From: Hypanus sabinus
Taxonomy: Eukaryota
Length of the DNA stretch: 64,000 bases
Reading direction: 5' to 3'
NCBI RefSeq assembly: GCF_030144855.1
Contig: NC_082712.1
Location: 27,156,001-27,220,000 of the forward strand
Every line of letters begins with the position of its first letter. The first letter of the stretch is position 1. This document shows positions 25,040 through 37,269 of this stretch, one piece after another. The notes below the pieces were generated by a model. It made no database searches. It was not told the DNA's origin and saw nothing but the letters and a program-made list of their open reading frames with translations. Both the position numbers and the translations under genes were made by a program.

Positions 25040-25400
25040 GACAGTGACACAAAGTTTGCACTGCTGCCTTCAAGGTCCAGGTACCAAGGTTCAATCCTGA
25101 TCTCAGTTATTATCTGTGTGGGGTTTTCATATTTTCCCTGTGACTGCAAGAATTTCCCTGGGTGCTCCACTTCCCTCTCACTTCACAAAAATGTTGGTAG
25201 GTTAATTGGCAACTGCAAAGTACACATTAGCACAGGTAAGTTGCGAACAATCAGTAGGTAGGCAAATGGCATTTGGGAAAAATAGGTTGGAGAGCAAGAG
25301 GAACATAACTATAGGGGAATGAGACTGATGGTGTTGGTCTGCTGGGAGGACCGATGGATTTGATGGGCCAAATTGTCTCCTTACCCATAACATCTGCTCT
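25040..25400 (+). mobile_element. tRNA-derived V-domain SINE (HE1-like)
   Basis: GGTTCAATCCTGA B-box and TCTGTGTGGGGTTTTCATATTTTCCCTGTGACTGC..GGGTGCTCC V domain. Confidence 0.7.
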
Positions 25401-25466
25401 GTCATTTGATCATTTTCACTCTCAGCCACATTCTCCTGTCTTCTCCCCATAACCTTTGACGTCCTA

Positions 25467-25947
25467 CAGTACTGTGCCAAGTCTTAGTCACATGTATATA
25501 GCTGGGGTGCCTAACACTTTTGCACAGTACTCTATTTGTCAACGTGGAGTGGAAAGTGAGTTTGTAAATCTGATGGGAGCAAGGGAATGGTGAATGGTGA
25601 CGGTGGAGCACAGCGGTAAGGCTCGGGGTAGGGTGGGACATAAGTGCAGACACAAGCAGCCCTGAAGCATGAGGCAAGGTAATTTGATTGCAAACAATTG
25701 CTTTATTGATCATTACAATATCATTCTGGTGCTACCCACTCCCTTCCCCATAATTGTCCTTTCCCTGTCCCCCTCTCACTCTCTGTCCACAATAGACACC
25801 CATATCAGAATTAAGTTTATTATCATATTTTTCATGATTTTTTTTTGTGGCAACAGTACAGTGCAATACATAAAATTTCCACAGCACAGTGCGAAAGTCT
25901 TAGGATCCCAGCTATTTATATATATGACTCTGACGATTGCACATTTG
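25467..25947. mobile_element. Composite Tc1/mariner-like MITE bounded by two inverted, self-palindromic ~66 bp units
   Basis: Unit 1 (25467-25532): TA-CAGTACTGTGC...GCACAGTACTC-TA. Unit 2 (25882-25947) is a degenerate reverse copy. The same unit occurs alone at 60508-60578. Confidence 0.65.
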
Positions 25948-26002
25948 CAAATCTTGTAATTTTTTACTTGTAAATCTTGTACATCTTATTTTTAAGGTTA
26001 CA

Positions 26003-26820
26003 AACCATATAACAATCACAGCACGGAAACAGGCCATCTCGGCCCTCCTAGTCCGTGCCGAACTCTTAATCTCACCTAGTCCCACCTACCCGCACTCAGC
26101 CCATAACCCTCCACTCCTTTCCTGTCCATATACCTATCCAATTTTACCTTAAATGACACAACTGAACTGGCCTCTACTACTTCTACAGGAAGCTCATTCC
26201 ACACTGCTATCACTCTCTGAGTAAAAAAATACCCCCTTGTGTTTCCCTTAGACTTCTGCCCCCTAACTCTCAAATCATGTCCTCTCGTTTGAATCTCCCC
26301 TACTCTCAATGGAAACAGCCTATTTACGTCAACTCTATCTATCTCTCTCAAAATTTTAAATACCTCGATCAAATCCCCCCTCAACCTTCTACGCTCCAAT
26401 GAATAGAGACCTAACTTGTTCAACCTTTCTCTGTAACTTAAGTGCTGAAACCCAGGTAACATCCTAGTAAATCGTCTCTGCACTCTCTCTAATTTATTGA
26501 TATCTTTCCTATGATTCGGTGACCAGAACTGCACACAATATTCTAAATTTGGCCTTACCAGTGCCTTGTACAATTTTAACATTACATTCCAACTTCTGTA
26601 CTCAATGCTTTGATTTATAAAGGCCAGCGTTCCAAAAGCCTTCTTCACCACCCTATCTGCATGAGACTCCACCTTCAGGGAACTATGCACTGTTATTCCT
26701 AGATCTCTCTGTTCCTCTGCATTCCTCAATGCCCTACCATTTACCCTGTATGTTCTATTTGGATTATTCCTGCCAAAATGTAGAACCTCACACTTCTCAG
26801 CATTAAACTCCATCTGCCAT
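26003..26820 (-). mobile_element. Young 5'-truncated CR1 LINE
   Basis: Carries an uninterrupted 245-codon frame and a tail of TTATATGGTT on the minus strand. Confidence 0.95.
26076..26813 (-). CDS. CR1 ORF2 C-terminal part (post-RT domain), truncated retrotransposon frame
   Basis: MEFNAEKCEVLHFG...YKALVRPNLEYCVQFWSP..LERVQRRFTRMLPG..RRLRGDLIEVFK..FFTQRVIAVWNELP. Confidence 0.9.
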   Translation of the reverse strand: MEFNAEKCEVLHFGRNNPNRTYRVNGRALRNAEEQRDLGITVHSSLKVESHADRVVKKAFGTLAFINQSIEYRSWNVMLKLYKALVRPNLEYCVQFWSPNHRKDINKLERVQRRFTRMLPGFQHLSYRERLNKLGLYSLERRRLRGDLIEVFKILREIDRVDVNRLFPLRVGEIQTRGHDLRVRGQKSKGNTRGYFFTQRVIAVWNELPVEVVEASSVVSFKVKLDRYMDRKGVEGYGLSAGRWD

Positions 26821-28111
26821 TCTTTTATTCTTTCTTACTTCTTTTCTAATATTTGTATATCTGTACACTTGTAATGCCACTATGGCACTGTAATTTCCTT
26901 TGAATTCAATCATGTATCTATCTATCACTATTCTAATCAAATATCTCTCGGCCTATGCTTTAAATATATCCAATGACTTGGCCTCCACAGCTGCTTGTGG
27001 CAAGGAATTCCACAGCTTCACCACCTTCGCACTAAAGAAATTTCTCCTCATCTCTAATCTAAATGGGTTGTCCTTCTATTCTTAGGCTGGGCCTTCAAGG
27101 TTCTAGACTCTCCCACTATCCTCTCTATGCCCACTGTATCTAGACCTTGATCTTGAACCTAAACCCAGAAGAACTGGTGTTCACATCTATTACTCTGGAA
27201 CTGATGACATAATTTAACACAAAACACAGCTTCACTTTCATTCAGAAAGTGCAGAAAATATGGAATATGGAGGTGGAGATGGAATGCCGATCATAGCCCA
27301 TATGGTTTGGGGAAAGTCCAAGGAGAATGACGTCTGCTGAAGAACTTTGATTTTTTTTTGCTCCTGAACTTTGAGGTGAGACCTGTGTTATTCTATTTTG
27401 TCAGAATTTGGAAGTAAATGCAGCTTCTTATTTGAACATTATCTTTATAGTAGGTATTTTAGACATTGTTGTTTAAACGTTCATTTATGTTGCAATACCA
27501 ATCAATAATATTTCCTTTTTACCAGAATTAAATTTTATGAACATATTGCTTTATTCATTATGGTTCATAGGTTATTTAGCAAAAGAAGTTTTAAATAATT
27601 CTGTTGAAGTTATAGTTATTTCAGTGTTTTTAAATTGCCCTAACACTTCATATTTACATGATTTAATTTGTGGATTCATTTGATTGCCTGGGTTGGAATA
27701 TGGTAGCCTTGGGAATTGAGCACACTATTATTTTCTGTACCGATCCCCCATTCCTTTGTAATGAGTTAAAACAGTCATCTTGCGTTATGCTAAATTTTTG
27801 AATACCTGAGGTTATTCATGTTGTTCTTGTTATTTGTGAGGTTTTCATGAGATGGTTACTTCTCTGAAAGCTAATCATAACTGGATCTAGGCAAAGGTTA
27901 AAGATAATTAATCTAATAACAGAGCAGAGAAGAGTAAGGACTGATTTATTAGGACTTCCTAGTTGGATTTATTTTGCCATTTGATTTCTTTTGCAGAGTT
28001 TTTTTGTGTGCTGAAGCATGATATAGATAATCGTGGAAGTAGTGATGGGAGGGGGAATAGTAGTGGAAAAATTGAGGAAAAGGGAAGGAAGGAGATAAGT
28101 TATACTGATAC

Positions 28112-28860
28112 AATTCAAAGGTATCAAAGGTGGATTTAATGTCAGAGAAATGTATACAATATACATCCTGAAATTCTTTTTCTTCACAACCATCCACAAA
28201 AACCAAGGAGTGCCCCAAAGAATGAATGACAGTTAAATGTTAGAACCCCAAAGCCCCCCCAAGCCCCCCACCAGCAAAAAAGCATCAGCACCCCCCACCG
28301 AGCACTCAAGCCTTCAACTAAGCATCAATAAAAACACAGACTTGCAGTACCGCAAAGACTACTCGTTCACCCAGTATTCGACATACCACAGCCTCTCTCT
28401 CTCCCTAATAAGAGAAAAAGAAGTGTCTCTGTTTCACAGCGAGAGGGGAGGCATAACAAATAACTTGCTTATTTGCATCGTTTTTTCCGAGCTCTGTGCC
28501 CAAAGAACTCGGGTCTCTGGGCACATAGACAGAATTCTTCTGTCTCCCATCACACACCGATTTCCTGCAGAGACACCAACCTCGAGTCCACCCACATCTA
28601 GAGCCAAGAAATAACAAAACTCTGAAGGCGAGCTAATCCTCTATGCCTTGCCCTTGGTATATCAAATAACAGCCAGTCATGAGACCCCGAGAACGGGTCC
28701 CATTCCCGCAAAGAACCAAAGTCAACGTGTAACTCCAGGTCAGGGTCTTCAAAAGAACCCAGAAAGGGAAAAATAGAGACATTAAAGATAGAAATAGAGC
28801 AGCTCCAACGATGCAAGCAAAGGAGTCACTGTTAGGTCCTTAGTGTCTCTCCTAAGCTGC
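28112..28860 (-). mobile_element. Non-coding SINE-like element with LINE-type 3' tail
   Basis: The minus strand ends in GACATTAAATCCACCTTTGATACCTTTGAA. The body is comparatively CpG-rich and has no RT coding. Confidence 0.55.
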
Positions 28861-28914
28861 ACCACCACAATTGTACTATCTAACCTAAAATATACTGAAG
28901 CCAGTGTGGTCACA

Positions 28915-31560
28915 AAGTTCAAAATAAATATATTGTCAAAGTACAAGTATGTCATCTTATACATCCCTGACATTTATTTTCTTGTGGGCATACTTAGCAA
29001 ATCCATAGAAGACAGCACTCAACATGATGGACAAGCAAACAATGTGCAGAAAAAATAAACAATGCAAATACAATAGAAAAATAAATAAATACATACATAC
29101 ACAAACAAACAAGCAAGCAAGCAATAAATCTCAAGAGCATGAGATCAGCATCCTTGAAAGTTAGTCCATAGATTGTGGGAACAGTCAGTTACAGGGTGAG
29201 TGGAATTATCCCACGGTTTCACCAACCTGATGGTTGTATGGTAGTAACTTATCCTGGACCTGGTGGAGTGAGTCCTGAGGATTCTGTTCTTTCTTCTTGA
29301 GGACAGCAGCAAGAAAAGAGCATGAACAGAGTGGCAGGAGTCCCTGATGATGGACGTGGCTTTCCTACGAAAGCACTCAGTGTAGATGAGATCAATGTTC
29401 AGGAGGGCTTTACCTACGATGGACTGGGCCGTATCCACTACTTTTTGTAGGATTTTTCATTCAAGCCCATTGGTGTTTCCATATCAGGCTGTGAGTCAAT
29501 CTGTCAATATAATCTCCATCACACATCTATAGAAGATTGTCAAAGCTTTAGTTATCATGCCAAATCTTTGCGAACCTCTAAGGAAGTAGAAGTGCTGCCG
29601 TGGTTCCCTCATAAATGCTTTTACAGACTAGGGCCAGGACAGGCCTTCCAAAGTGGTTACATCAAGGAATTTAAAATCGCCAACTCTTTCCACTTCTAAT
29701 CCCCTGATGAGGACTGGCTCATGGACCTCCAGTTTCCTCTGGTTAAGGTAATATTGAATGCTAAGCTGTACGTGACAAAGAGCATCCTGATGTATGCATC
29801 TTTGCTATCCAGAAGTTCCAAGGTTGATTGAAGAGCCAATGAAATTGCATCTGCTATGGACCTGCTGTGTAGGTTGTCCAATTGGAGCAGATTCAAGTCA
29901 TTTCTCAGACAGCAGCTGATATATTTCATCACCAACCTCTTAAAGATGTTAGTGCTACTGGAAGTTAGTCATTGAGGCTGGTTACCATGTTCTTGGTAGA
30001 AACCAGTATCATTGAAGCCTGCATGAAGCAGGTTGATACCTCAGACTGCCAAAGCAAGAGGTTGAAGATGACAGTGAAGACTCCAGCCAGTTGATCAACA
30101 CAGGTCTTTAGTACTTGGCCAGGTACCCCCCGCATCTGGGCTGGATGATTTCCCTGGGTTCACCCTCCTGAAAGATGCTCTCACATCAATATCAGAGACT
30201 AAAATCACAGGGTTAGTGGGGGCTATGGGAGCGTGTAAAGGTTCCTCCGTGTTTAGATGGTCAAACTGATCATAGAAGGCATTGAGCTAAACTGGAAGCA
30301 AAGCTCTGTTGTCACCTATGTCACTTGATCTCACTTTGTAAGAGGGAAGAGCATTCAAGCCCTGCCACAGCTATCAACCATCCATCAGTGATTCAAGTTT
30401 AGTCCAGAATTCCCACCTCACCCATGAGATTGCTTTCCAGAAGTTGTCCCTGGACCTCTGGGTTCCTACTAGGTCACCTGACCTGAATGCCTGTGATCTG
30501 GCCCTCAGCAAGTATTGAATCTCATGGTTCATCCATTGCTTCTGGCTGGGGAAGACTTTAAATGATGTTGTCGAGACATCCTCATCTATGACTACTGTTA
30601 TCAAACCCGTGACAACTGTGGTAAATTAATTCAGTTCTTCTGATGAGTCCTTGAACATGACCTGGTCCACTGGCTTGAACTAGTTCCATAGCTGCTCCTC
30701 TGCCTCTCACAATCAGCTCTTTGTTGTCCTATCTCTGGAACCTTGTTCTTCAGCCTCTGCAGGTAGGACACAGACAGCCAGTCAATCATATTACCGGAAA
30801 TGCGATCTGGGCATGGAATAGCAGGCATTCCTTAAAGTGGTATAGGAGCAGCCTAAAGGCTTGTGCCTTTACTTGGCTTACACTTGTGCATACGGGCTAC
30901 GCTGCAGCCTACACCGTAGCCCTGACTTTCACTTCTGCATCACCCTAAGCCGTAGTGAGCATGCGTTGGTGTGCGCCAAAACATTAGTTGGCGGTGGGGT
31001 TTCTATGCCACTGTGTTGAGTTTCATTGTGGAGGACATGGACGAGGAAATGCATTTCAAACATCTTTGCAACGGTGTACAGACATGGTGGAGAAGAAGCA
31101 ACTGGAAATGCGATGCTACCAAGTGGACCAATCACAATTGTTGCGGTCTGCGTCGCCGCGACACGCGAGTTAATTTTTTGGGGATGTGCACGTCACCTTA
31201 TGGCTTAGGGTGCGTGGAACCTATGGTGTAGCTGCGATGCACAAGTATAAATCAGCCTTTAGTGTTTTGGGTTGTCTGGTGTTACAGGTTATATGCTGAT
31301 CATAATCGGGCAGAAATTTCTTCAAAATAGCCTGGTTGAAGACCCCAACTATGATTTGAAATGTGTTGGGATGAACTATATCTTGTTTGGTGATGACAGC
31401 ATGTATTCTCAAGTTACTGATTACTGCCAGCTCTTGGTGTTATGTAAACTGTGGGAAGGATCAGAGAAGAGAAATCCTTTGGAAAGTGGAGGGTCAGTAT
31501 TTGATCATGGGGTATTCCAGGTGGAGGGAACAAGAGTATAACAAAACTCCCACATTGGAG
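28915..31560 (-). mobile_element. Long Rex1/Babar LINE (EN-RT-3' tail), interrupted by a MITE at 30857-31258
   Basis: ORFs 29145-29438 (AQSIVG..RRKATSIIRD), 29696-29935 (ADAISLAL..YIRMLF), 30374-30604 (FPSQKQWMN) and 31221-31412 (IIVGVFNQA, endonuclease). Confidence 0.9.
30857..31258. mobile_element. PIF/Harbinger-like non-autonomous DNA transposon
   Basis: Right TIR GCACAAGTATAAATCAGCCT. Left TIR AGGCT..TTACACTTGTGC is disrupted. Flanks are TAA/TTA (a TA TSD is an alternative reading). Subterminal inverted motifs CACCCTAAGCCGTA / TATGGCTTAGGGTG. CpG-rich. Confidence 0.7.
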
Positions 31561-32599
31561 CACCATGGAGAGTTTATTTCACTCCAATACAGCATTAGTC
31601 CTTTGTTCATCTCTCTTGTTTTCTATTGTCTACACATTTGCTAACGAGATACTGTGTAGAGCAGGCCTCATTCCTCTGTGTTTCAGTCAATTTCCCCTCC
31701 CCACCCCCCAAAGGCCCCGCGTCTGGTGATGTTATCCACTTAAGTGTGCTGTACCTGCTTGCTTGAGAGGTAAGTCTGCCAAATCCTTCAGAAGATTGTG
31801 ACATCCATGGTTCATTTAGATGGCTCTAATGTATGTTGTTTAATTATATGCAGCAGATTGCCGTGAAAGTAATTCAAGAGGTACATATATTTATAAGTTT
31901 TGTTATCAGCCTGCATCATGGTTCACTGGTGTCATCTTGCATCGAAGAGTTTTCCAAACAATATCTGTACACCAATACATAGAATCAGAGGGAGTGTTAT
32001 TGACGGCTGGATATTAGAATGCTCAGGCATGATTTGATTGGTATTTTCAATGTAGCCAGATGGGCTGAGAGAATATTCAGTGAGAACCTGAATCTTGTGA
32101 TTCCATAGGCCAGGATTAGAGGACATAATCTGAAAACTAGACTGTAAATGATGATGTTTGGAAACGATGGAGGATGATTGCAATGTGTGCCTTGAACTAA
32201 CATTGAGACTTGCACTGTCAGGCTCCAGACATAGCAGCACATGACATTCTCCAGCGATTTTAATCTCCGTATTCACAAAATGCAATTAACAGAATAATAA
32301 CATGCAAATTTTCTTGGATAGTGTAGCTATCTTTAATTCTTTGCTTAACTATTAAGCAATTTGAGTCACAAATCAGCAGTATCTTTGACTATAAGTGAAG
32401 AACTCAATTTTTAGATATGTTGTGTTTTATACTTAATTACATTTCTTTGAAGTTAAGATATTGTTGATTTTGTTTTACCATTACCTCAATATTTGTACAG
32501 AAAATTGACAATTAAATTTTGGTTGCAAAAACACTTCATTATTACATGTATTCTTACTCCTATACTGTATAATTTTCATTAGAAAGCTAATAAAAATGT

Positions 32600-33070
32600 A
32601 GAAAACAGAAGGAGGAGTGGATTATATGTCCTTATAGAGATGAATAAAGCAATGAGGGGCATAGGCAAGGAGAATGCACTCAATCTTGTTCCCAAGGAAA
32701 TGGAATCAAAAACTAAAGGGCAGAGCTTAAATGTGAGAAGGCAAAGATATCAACCTGTGGGGTCCTTCACATATAGGGTGGTCCATGTATGGAATGAGCT
32801 GCCAGAGGAATTATTTAAGTCATAATCAATAAAAGCACTTTTAAAAATCATTTGGAAAGATACATAGACATGAGCAGGGGTTCCCTACCTGGGGCCCACA
32901 GACTCCTCCTTAATGGTAGGGGTCCATGATATAAAAATGTTTGGGAAACCCTGGCTTTGAGGAATATGAAGAAAGAGGGTAAATGGGACTAGCTTAGAGG
33001 AACATCCTGGTCAGCCTGGAAGTGCTGTGTCCTGTTTCCATGCTGTATGTCTCCTTAACTCCATGACTAT
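32600..33070 (+). mobile_element. CR1 3' end (with nested MITE)
   Basis: ORF 32640-32825: FTYRVVHVWNELPE. Confidence 0.75.
32875..32953. mobile_element. 79 bp hAT (Charlie-like) MITE
   Basis: TIRs CAGGGGTTCCCTAC / GTTTGGGAAACCCTG. Degenerate 8 bp flanks GACATGAG / GCTTTGAG. Confidence 0.7.
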
Positions 33071-34079
33071 TTAACCTTTTCTGGCACTCAGTAAGATTAC
33101 AGTGATTTACTATCATTTCTCATTTACAACTTCCCAGTTGCACACATTACAAGTTGTATTTGTGTTTCACCTTTTATTTGAAAAATATTTTTGACTGAAG
33201 TATGACAGCAATTTGAAATTCGACATCCAATAACCATATGTTGTACTCAAAGGGATGTTATTGGGAAATTGAGTCCCAATTGTGTTGGTGAGGCTATGCT
33301 TCATTTCCACTAAAATTCATTTGCATAATTACATCTAAAAGCTTCCAGGAACCAGTGGAATTTGGTAGTGTAATAGAATGTAATTATTTCCTTTCATTTC
33401 TTTCCATTAAAAAAGTATCCCTTGATGTATTTAAGAGTGGGAACCAGAAGCAGTGAAATTAATACAATTGGAAATCAGCTTATGACTGAAATTAAGCCTT
33501 TTTTTTAAATAGTGATCTCCACTCCTCTGTCTCTAAGTGATCTGATCAAAACTCACACAAAATTACTTTCATAAAATATACCAAAGCACTTACTCATTAT
33601 GTTGGCAAATACTGGTTGATTTCCTGGCTACACAAAGAGTTCAGTGACCTGTAAAATGCAGTTAATGGGTTCTGTTGATCCATTAAAGTGAATAGGATTT
33701 GAACAGCCTTCTGGAAGAAGGCCATTTGATGTAATCTCTCTATTTATTGTTGGGGTTTGGTACAGTCATGTCTAATCAGAAGTCCAGAAGAGGCTGGTGT
33801 TACACCTATTGTTCTGGCTTCTCAGTTAAGGTAGCATGAACATAATAAGCATCAAGCCAGAGTTCTTTACTTTTCCTGAAATAAGCTCAGGGCAATCTGG
33901 GAGAATTTCAGCAGTTCAGCCATCACTTACAGAAAGAGGAGCAGTTATCCATTCATCTAATGTAGAGAAGTTTGAGAGTATTTATTACTATACTTGGAAA
34001 GAATGTGTGGAAGAAGGTAGGCCACTACTTGCATGAAGATCTCAGAAGGAAGTTTCCCTGAAAACTTGCACTACGGGCA

Positions 34080-34350
34080 TTTATTTATTCATTTAGAGAT
34101 ACAGTGTGGAACAGGCCCTTCCAGCCCATTAAGCCGCGCCACCTAGCAGTCCATGTATTAACACTAGCATGATCACAGGACAATTTACAATGACCAATTA
34201 ATCTACTTAACAGTATATCTTGGGGCTGTGGTAGGAAACCCACAAGGTCACACAGAGAGTGTACAAACTCCTTGCAGCTGGCTCTGAATTGAAATCCAAG
34301 GCCTTGAGCTGAAATAATGTTGCACTAACTGCTATGCCACCATGTCACCC
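34080..34350 (-). mobile_element. tRNA-derived V-domain SINE
   Basis: Same family as 5690-5945 (GTACAAACTCCTT..., CTAACTGCTATGCCACCATG). Confidence 0.75.
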
Positions 34351-35414
34351 TCTTTTTTTTTTAGTAACGATCATGTAGGCATGTTGTTCCATGGCGTGCA
34401 TGTGCTGAAGGTAAGATAATTTGAGATGGAGTTGGACTGCAAACTAACCATGTGATTGCTATACATATGGAAAGACATGTTGATGAGCATGTCAACTGGT
34501 ATTCTGGGATTTTTCAACAGATTAGCCTTGCAGTTTAAAAGAAACTATCAACATGGAATTGTAATGATGGAGCTGTCTAATTTTACAGCTCTCTTCAGCT
34601 TACTTTGATCCTGTGCGGTAGCTTCCACTTACCAGATGTGAATCAGCCAGTTAGAATGCTCTCCACAGTACATTTACAGAAATTTGCAATCTTGTAGAAA
34701 TAGTATGTGGGAATTTAATTTGATAACTTTGGACAAAGGAACAATCAATTCAACTGTCAAAGCACTGAAGTTCTTAAAAAAGAATTGGAGTGAATTGAAC
34801 TTCAATTTTAAATGTCCACCGGATACATTTACTGAAATTAAGATTACACAAAAAGAAGGCCTTGTCTGCTCACTTCGGGAGTTAAGAGAGATATGTGCAA
34901 TATTATTTTGTTGAAATGTCAGAATGGTCACTGCAGAACATCTGTAAGTGGCATGTCCCAGAGATTGCTTTTAGTAGCAAGGTGTGATTTACACTGCTGA
35001 TATATATGGTTTTAGAAATGTGTTAATGACATTGTCAGCTGAAGGTGTAACCAGTTGTCATGGTATGACAGGACAGTATGGGCAGTTAGTTGGCTTATTG
35101 TAACATGGATAATGTTAGGGACAGTTCCTATGGAGTTTAAAGGAATATGATTAAAACTGTAGAAAACATGTACTAGCAGGTGTCTTGTGAACAAAAGTGT
35201 CAACAGAAGCCAGCTGAGTCACTGTCCTCCTGAACATTGCTCTTATTTTTTAATGGGAATTCATGCACAGAAATTTCACAGTGAAATAGAAAATGAAACC
35301 AGCATTTAGGATTGGCTATCCAATATAAAAACTAATTTTAATTCTTTTGCAGCCATTGGCATGAAAACTTGTGGTTTCCATAAAGGCAATTGATTCCAAG
35401 TACCAATTTAGATT

Positions 35415-35920
35415 TGTAGAGCCCAGCAGCACAGAAGTAGGTCCTTTATACCACTGGTCTATGCCAACTGAGATTCCTACTCAACTGGTCCCATTTACCT
35501 CCTTTTGGTCCATGTCCCTCTCAAACCCTCTTATCAATGCACCTTCCCAACTGTCATTGTCTTTGCTTTGAATCCTTAATCTGGCAGGTCATTCCATATA
35601 TTGTGCATACAGTCTTTTTGTGTGAAAACATTGCCCCTCAAATTCATTACCCCTCTCACATTAAACCTCTTCCCTCTAGTTTTGGTTCACCATATTGTAA
35701 AAAAACGACTGAGTGCATTCACCCTATCTATGTCCCTCATGATTTTATACACATTTACAAGATCACCTCTCTGTCACCAGCACTCCAAGGAAAAAAGTGT
35801 TTAAGCCTGTCCAACCTCTTCCTGTAAGTCTGTTCCCTGAATCCTGGCAACATCCTTGTAAATCTGTAAATCCTTTCTGCACATCTTCCTATTCAATAAC
35901 GTCTTTCCTTGAGCATGGCG
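35415..35920 (-). mobile_element. CR1 3' fragment
   Basis: TTCACCCTATCTATGTCCCTCATGATTTTATAC..AAGATCACCTCTC..CTCCAAGG..CCTGGCAACATCCTTGTAAATC. Confidence 0.75.
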
Positions 35921-36219
35921 ACCAAAATATCTGACTCAACAGACTATTTGGTAATGGCTCTACACATTTGTCCATTTATTTTGGGCCTCTGTGTACTCTG
36001 CATATGGACCCAAGGTTTTCAATTCCTTCCTGAATGCTCCTTCTTCATTCTGAGTAGTAATGGGCAAGTGATTTCCATGAGTGACATTTTCTCAAGGAGG
36101 GTACGAACTTCAGACTTCTGCAATTGAGTGGTCAATTCTGGAGAACGTTTGGTGTCATTGCCTGTCTAATGGTGTCAACATGGTGCCACGAGGGCAGACG
36201 CAATTGACAGCCATGCCAA

Positions 36220-36750
36220 AAACAAAACATAAACTTCAGGAACTCATTGGGGCAGGCAGCATCCGTGGGGGCAAATTGATGGTTGATGTTTTGTGTTGAA
36301 ACCATGCATTGGGATTGAAAGGTAAGAGGGAGATAGCCAATATAAAGAGGTGAGGGACAGACAAGAGTTAGAGGTGATAGGTGGAAGGAGAATGGGCAGA
36401 GGGAAGATAGGAAACTGCATCAGAGTTGATAGATGAATTTGACAAAGGTCTGCAGGAAGATTGAATCTGATAGGAAAGGAAACCCAAGCATGGAGCTACG
36501 TTAGGAGGGTGAGGAGTACAGATGGAAACAGTAGGAAGGGGTGAACCAATGTAAAGAGGGTGTGGTTGAAGGACAGATGGAGTGTGTGAAGAAGGGAAAA
36601 GAAACAGGGTGATGGAGACTGTGGGTGCAGGGACAACTGGTAGATCATGAGGACAAAGTAAAAATGTCAGAGGAGAGAGACGTAGCTGCTGGTGAGATCA
36701 CGTTGCAGCTGATGGAAATGTCAATATCCTGCCTGCTTAGACTAGTGGGA
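36220..36750 (-). mobile_element. Decayed Penelope-like 3' region
   Basis: AGGAACTCATTGGGGCAGGCAGCATCC followed by a long purine-rich tract, the same layout as the arm at 56078-56356. Confidence 0.55.
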
Positions 36751-36869
36751 TATTTATGCATAAGAGTAACCTTCAATACAATTTCATTGATCGGAAACTC
36801 AACTGGACCTACCTATAATAGTGAATTAGAGGTTGTAGATCCTGTGGAGAATGATCACCTTCTGACTAA

Positions 36870-37265
36870 CCAGCACTTTTCCACATCTGCAAGGTACATC
36901 ATGATGGAACGATGGCATACTCACCAAGTGCCTGGATGAGTAAAGCTCCAACAACACTGAGCAAGCTTGGGACCACCCGGAGCAAAGCAGCTTGTTTTAT
37001 TGGTATCTTATCCACCACCCCCAATATACATTATTTCCACTCCCAGTGTACAGCATTTGCAGTGTGCATCATTAACAAAGTGTCCTGCAATTACTTGTCC
37101 CGGTCACTCCAATACATCCTCCTAGACCAGAAGCTGTGCCACCCAGAAGGAGAAGCACAACATGTGAACAGAATAGGAAAACTACATCTCTGGTCTTTCC
37201 TCCAGGTCACACAACATCCAGATTTGGAAATACATTAATACTTAATCATTACTGGGTCCTGAAAC
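36870..37265 (+). mobile_element. Old non-LTR LINE (CR1/L2 group) ORF2 C-terminus
   Basis: ORF 36912-37238: YSPSAWMSKAPTTLSKLGTTRSKAACFIG..IHYFHSQCTAFAVC. Confidence 0.65.
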
Positions 37266-37269
37266 TTGC

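Noticed and set aside
28237-28614. 125 aa Pro/Ser-rich ORF as a gene
   Set aside because: It lies antisense within a repeat-like element and is low-complexity with no domain.
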